Below are positions 62,182-64,000 of a stretch of DNA of 64,000 nt, in pieces. Under the pieces are notes generated by a model. It searched no databases. It worked only from the letters and a program-made list of their open reading frames with translations, and was not told the DNA's origin. Numbering within the stretch: position 1 is the stretch's first letter; each line of letters opens with the position of its first letter. Source of the DNA: Puccinia triticina (Eukaryota); NCBI GenBank assembly GCA_026914245.1, contig CP110439.1, positions 8,742,001 to 8,806,000 of the forward strand, written 5' to 3'. Made by a program: the position numbers and the translations under genes.

Positions 62182-64000
62182 GGGCCTGTACCATACAAAA
62201 TCTGTTTTTCTTGCGCAAGGGAAAAAGGTTTTTTTTTGTGCTTTTCTGATTTTTCAAAAAACACATATTTGGAAAAACAGATGTTGATAAACGTGTACCA
62301 CAACTGTCACTTCAGACTGCAGAATATCCGCACTCCTCTGCCATCCATCTCCATCATCAAAACCCAAGTCATCAATCCAGAATACCCAAATCGACCAACA
62401 GATCATCCAACCATTACACATACAACCATGGACAACAAGCTGTTTGCAACACTTGCGGCCGCCGCCACATCAATCATGGAGATGAACAACGTCTTGCTTT
62501 CAGTCGCCGCCGCCGGGGTTGCTTGCAAATACCTCGGAAGCATTTGGAATACATACGCGGCATACTATGGCGATGGTGGGCAAGCCAGGTACACTCGCTT
62601 CCTACTAGACGAAGTCAGACCTGAACTTTTTCGCGAAATAACTCGAATGGAACGTTCCACATTCAACAATCTTGTTGAAGAGTTGACGATGAATGGTCTG
62701 CTTAAGAATGGAAGGTCAGTCTTGGTCGAAGAGCAGGTCCTCATCTTCTTGGATATTGTTTGTTACAACAACAGCATGCGCCAGACGGCAGTCAAATTTC
62801 GACGTGGTTTGTTCACTGTTACCCGGTGAGATAGATTTTTGCTTCTTCTTGACCTTTGGTTTGAGTCATTAAAAATCTAACAAAGATGCCTTCAATCTGC
62901 TACTTTGGAATTGTGCTCAACTCGTTGGTAGCAATCTATCCAAACTATGTAAAGTTTGACATGGATTCATGCAATCAGCCCGAAGAAATTGCACAAAACC
63001 CAAAGTACCAACCATTCAAGAACGCACTAGGAGCACTTGACGGAGTATTTATCCCAGCGACAGTACCAGCAGAGTCTCAAAGCCCCTGGCGAAATCGGAA
63101 GCATTTCATCGCCCAGAATGTCCTCGCCGCGGTAAATTTCAACTTTGAGTTTGTCTATGTACTCGCTGGTTGGGAAGGAAGTGCCCACAACACTCGAGTG
63201 TTTAACAATGCGACTTCGAAAGGCCTTAACATACCTCAAAAGAAATATTTTCTTGCCGACGCCGGATATGGCCTTTGACAAGGTTTGATGACACCTTTTC
63301 GAGGCACCCGATACCACCTGGAAGAACAGGCTGCGGCAGGACTCAGGCCAGCTAACAAAAAAGAACTTTACAACTTATGACATGCTAGCCTACGGAATAT
63401 TGTCGAGCGCATCTTTGGATGCATCAAGAGAAAATTCTTGATCCTCCAATCTGCCCCCGAGATCAAACTAAAGAAACAGGTCCGATTAGTCTACGCACTC
63501 TGCATGCTGTGGAACTATATCCGCAGTCATGAGAGTGTCAATAATCTGTTTGACGATCCTGAGGAAGATGCGCGAACGCTTTTGCGCACACAGATGGGGG
63601 AAGATGAATCATTTGATGTCACCGAGGAGGATTCAATAATGAAGCATCGACGGGAGCGACTGGCCAAAAAGCTTTGGGATCAATATGTAGCCTACAAAAG
63701 ATCTGCTTAGATGTCAACCTCCCTGCAATATTATCACACGCTCCTTCCCTCATCAAAGTTTTTTTTCTTTTGTGTTCCACACTGTCTCTCTCAAAAGTGG
63801 CTACACTTCTATTTTGAGAATTCCAACAATGTTATTTTCAAGTGCAGTCAACTTCCAAAAAACTTATGGTTGTCGGGTGTGGTTCAAATTTGTCAGAATG
63901 AAAGAGAAACACAACCAGAATAAGTTGAGGTGATGGAAAATATGATAAAACCAAGATCAGAAGGGGAACCGCAGGATTGTTGAGATCAAGCTTTGGATGT
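62182..64000 (+). mobile_element. PIF/Harbinger element, right end outside the window
   Basis: TAA|gggcctgtacc putative left end, followed by the transposase. The partner TIR is not visible. Confidence 0.65.
62428..63710 (+). pseudogene. PIF/Harbinger DDE transposase with premature stops
   Basis: RMERSTF..L, VEEQVLIFL, GALDGVFI, RNRK..QNVLAA, GWEGSAH, FLADAGY and RNIVERIFG. TGA at 63276-63278 and 63378-63380. Confidence 0.9.

Overview
Eukaryotic, intron-rich, transposon-dense fungal DNA. Gene and TE content point to a rust fungus such as Puccinia (inference, no search run). Host genes form an island at about 35-52.7 kb: RVB2, PEX10, tRNA-Met, a PIC2-like phosphate carrier with a truncated inverted paralogue, and PEX19. 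A 3-exon candidate secreted effector lies at 26.7-27.4 kb. The rest is nested TEs, most with resolvable ends: a two-gene Tc1 (DD34E) element (9329-26503) interrupted by a young 11.5-kb Ty3/Gypsy element and a solo LTR, two PIF/Harbinger-group elements, an internally deleted AcademH, a hAT element, a putative Pack-CACTA carrying an ABCD transporter fragment, and several MITEs. A TET/JBP-like dioxygenase gene sits in a decayed module at the left end. Most notable observations: (i) a 6-exon antisense gene and extra PPT copies inside the Gypsy element; (ii) an accessory gene with a SAM-like C-terminus inside the Tc1 element; (iii) the TET-like gene; (iv) hairpin-rich AcademH ends inserted about 20 bp upstream of PEX10; (v) pervasive TpCpG->TpTpG damage. 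All coordinates and splice models were read by eye.
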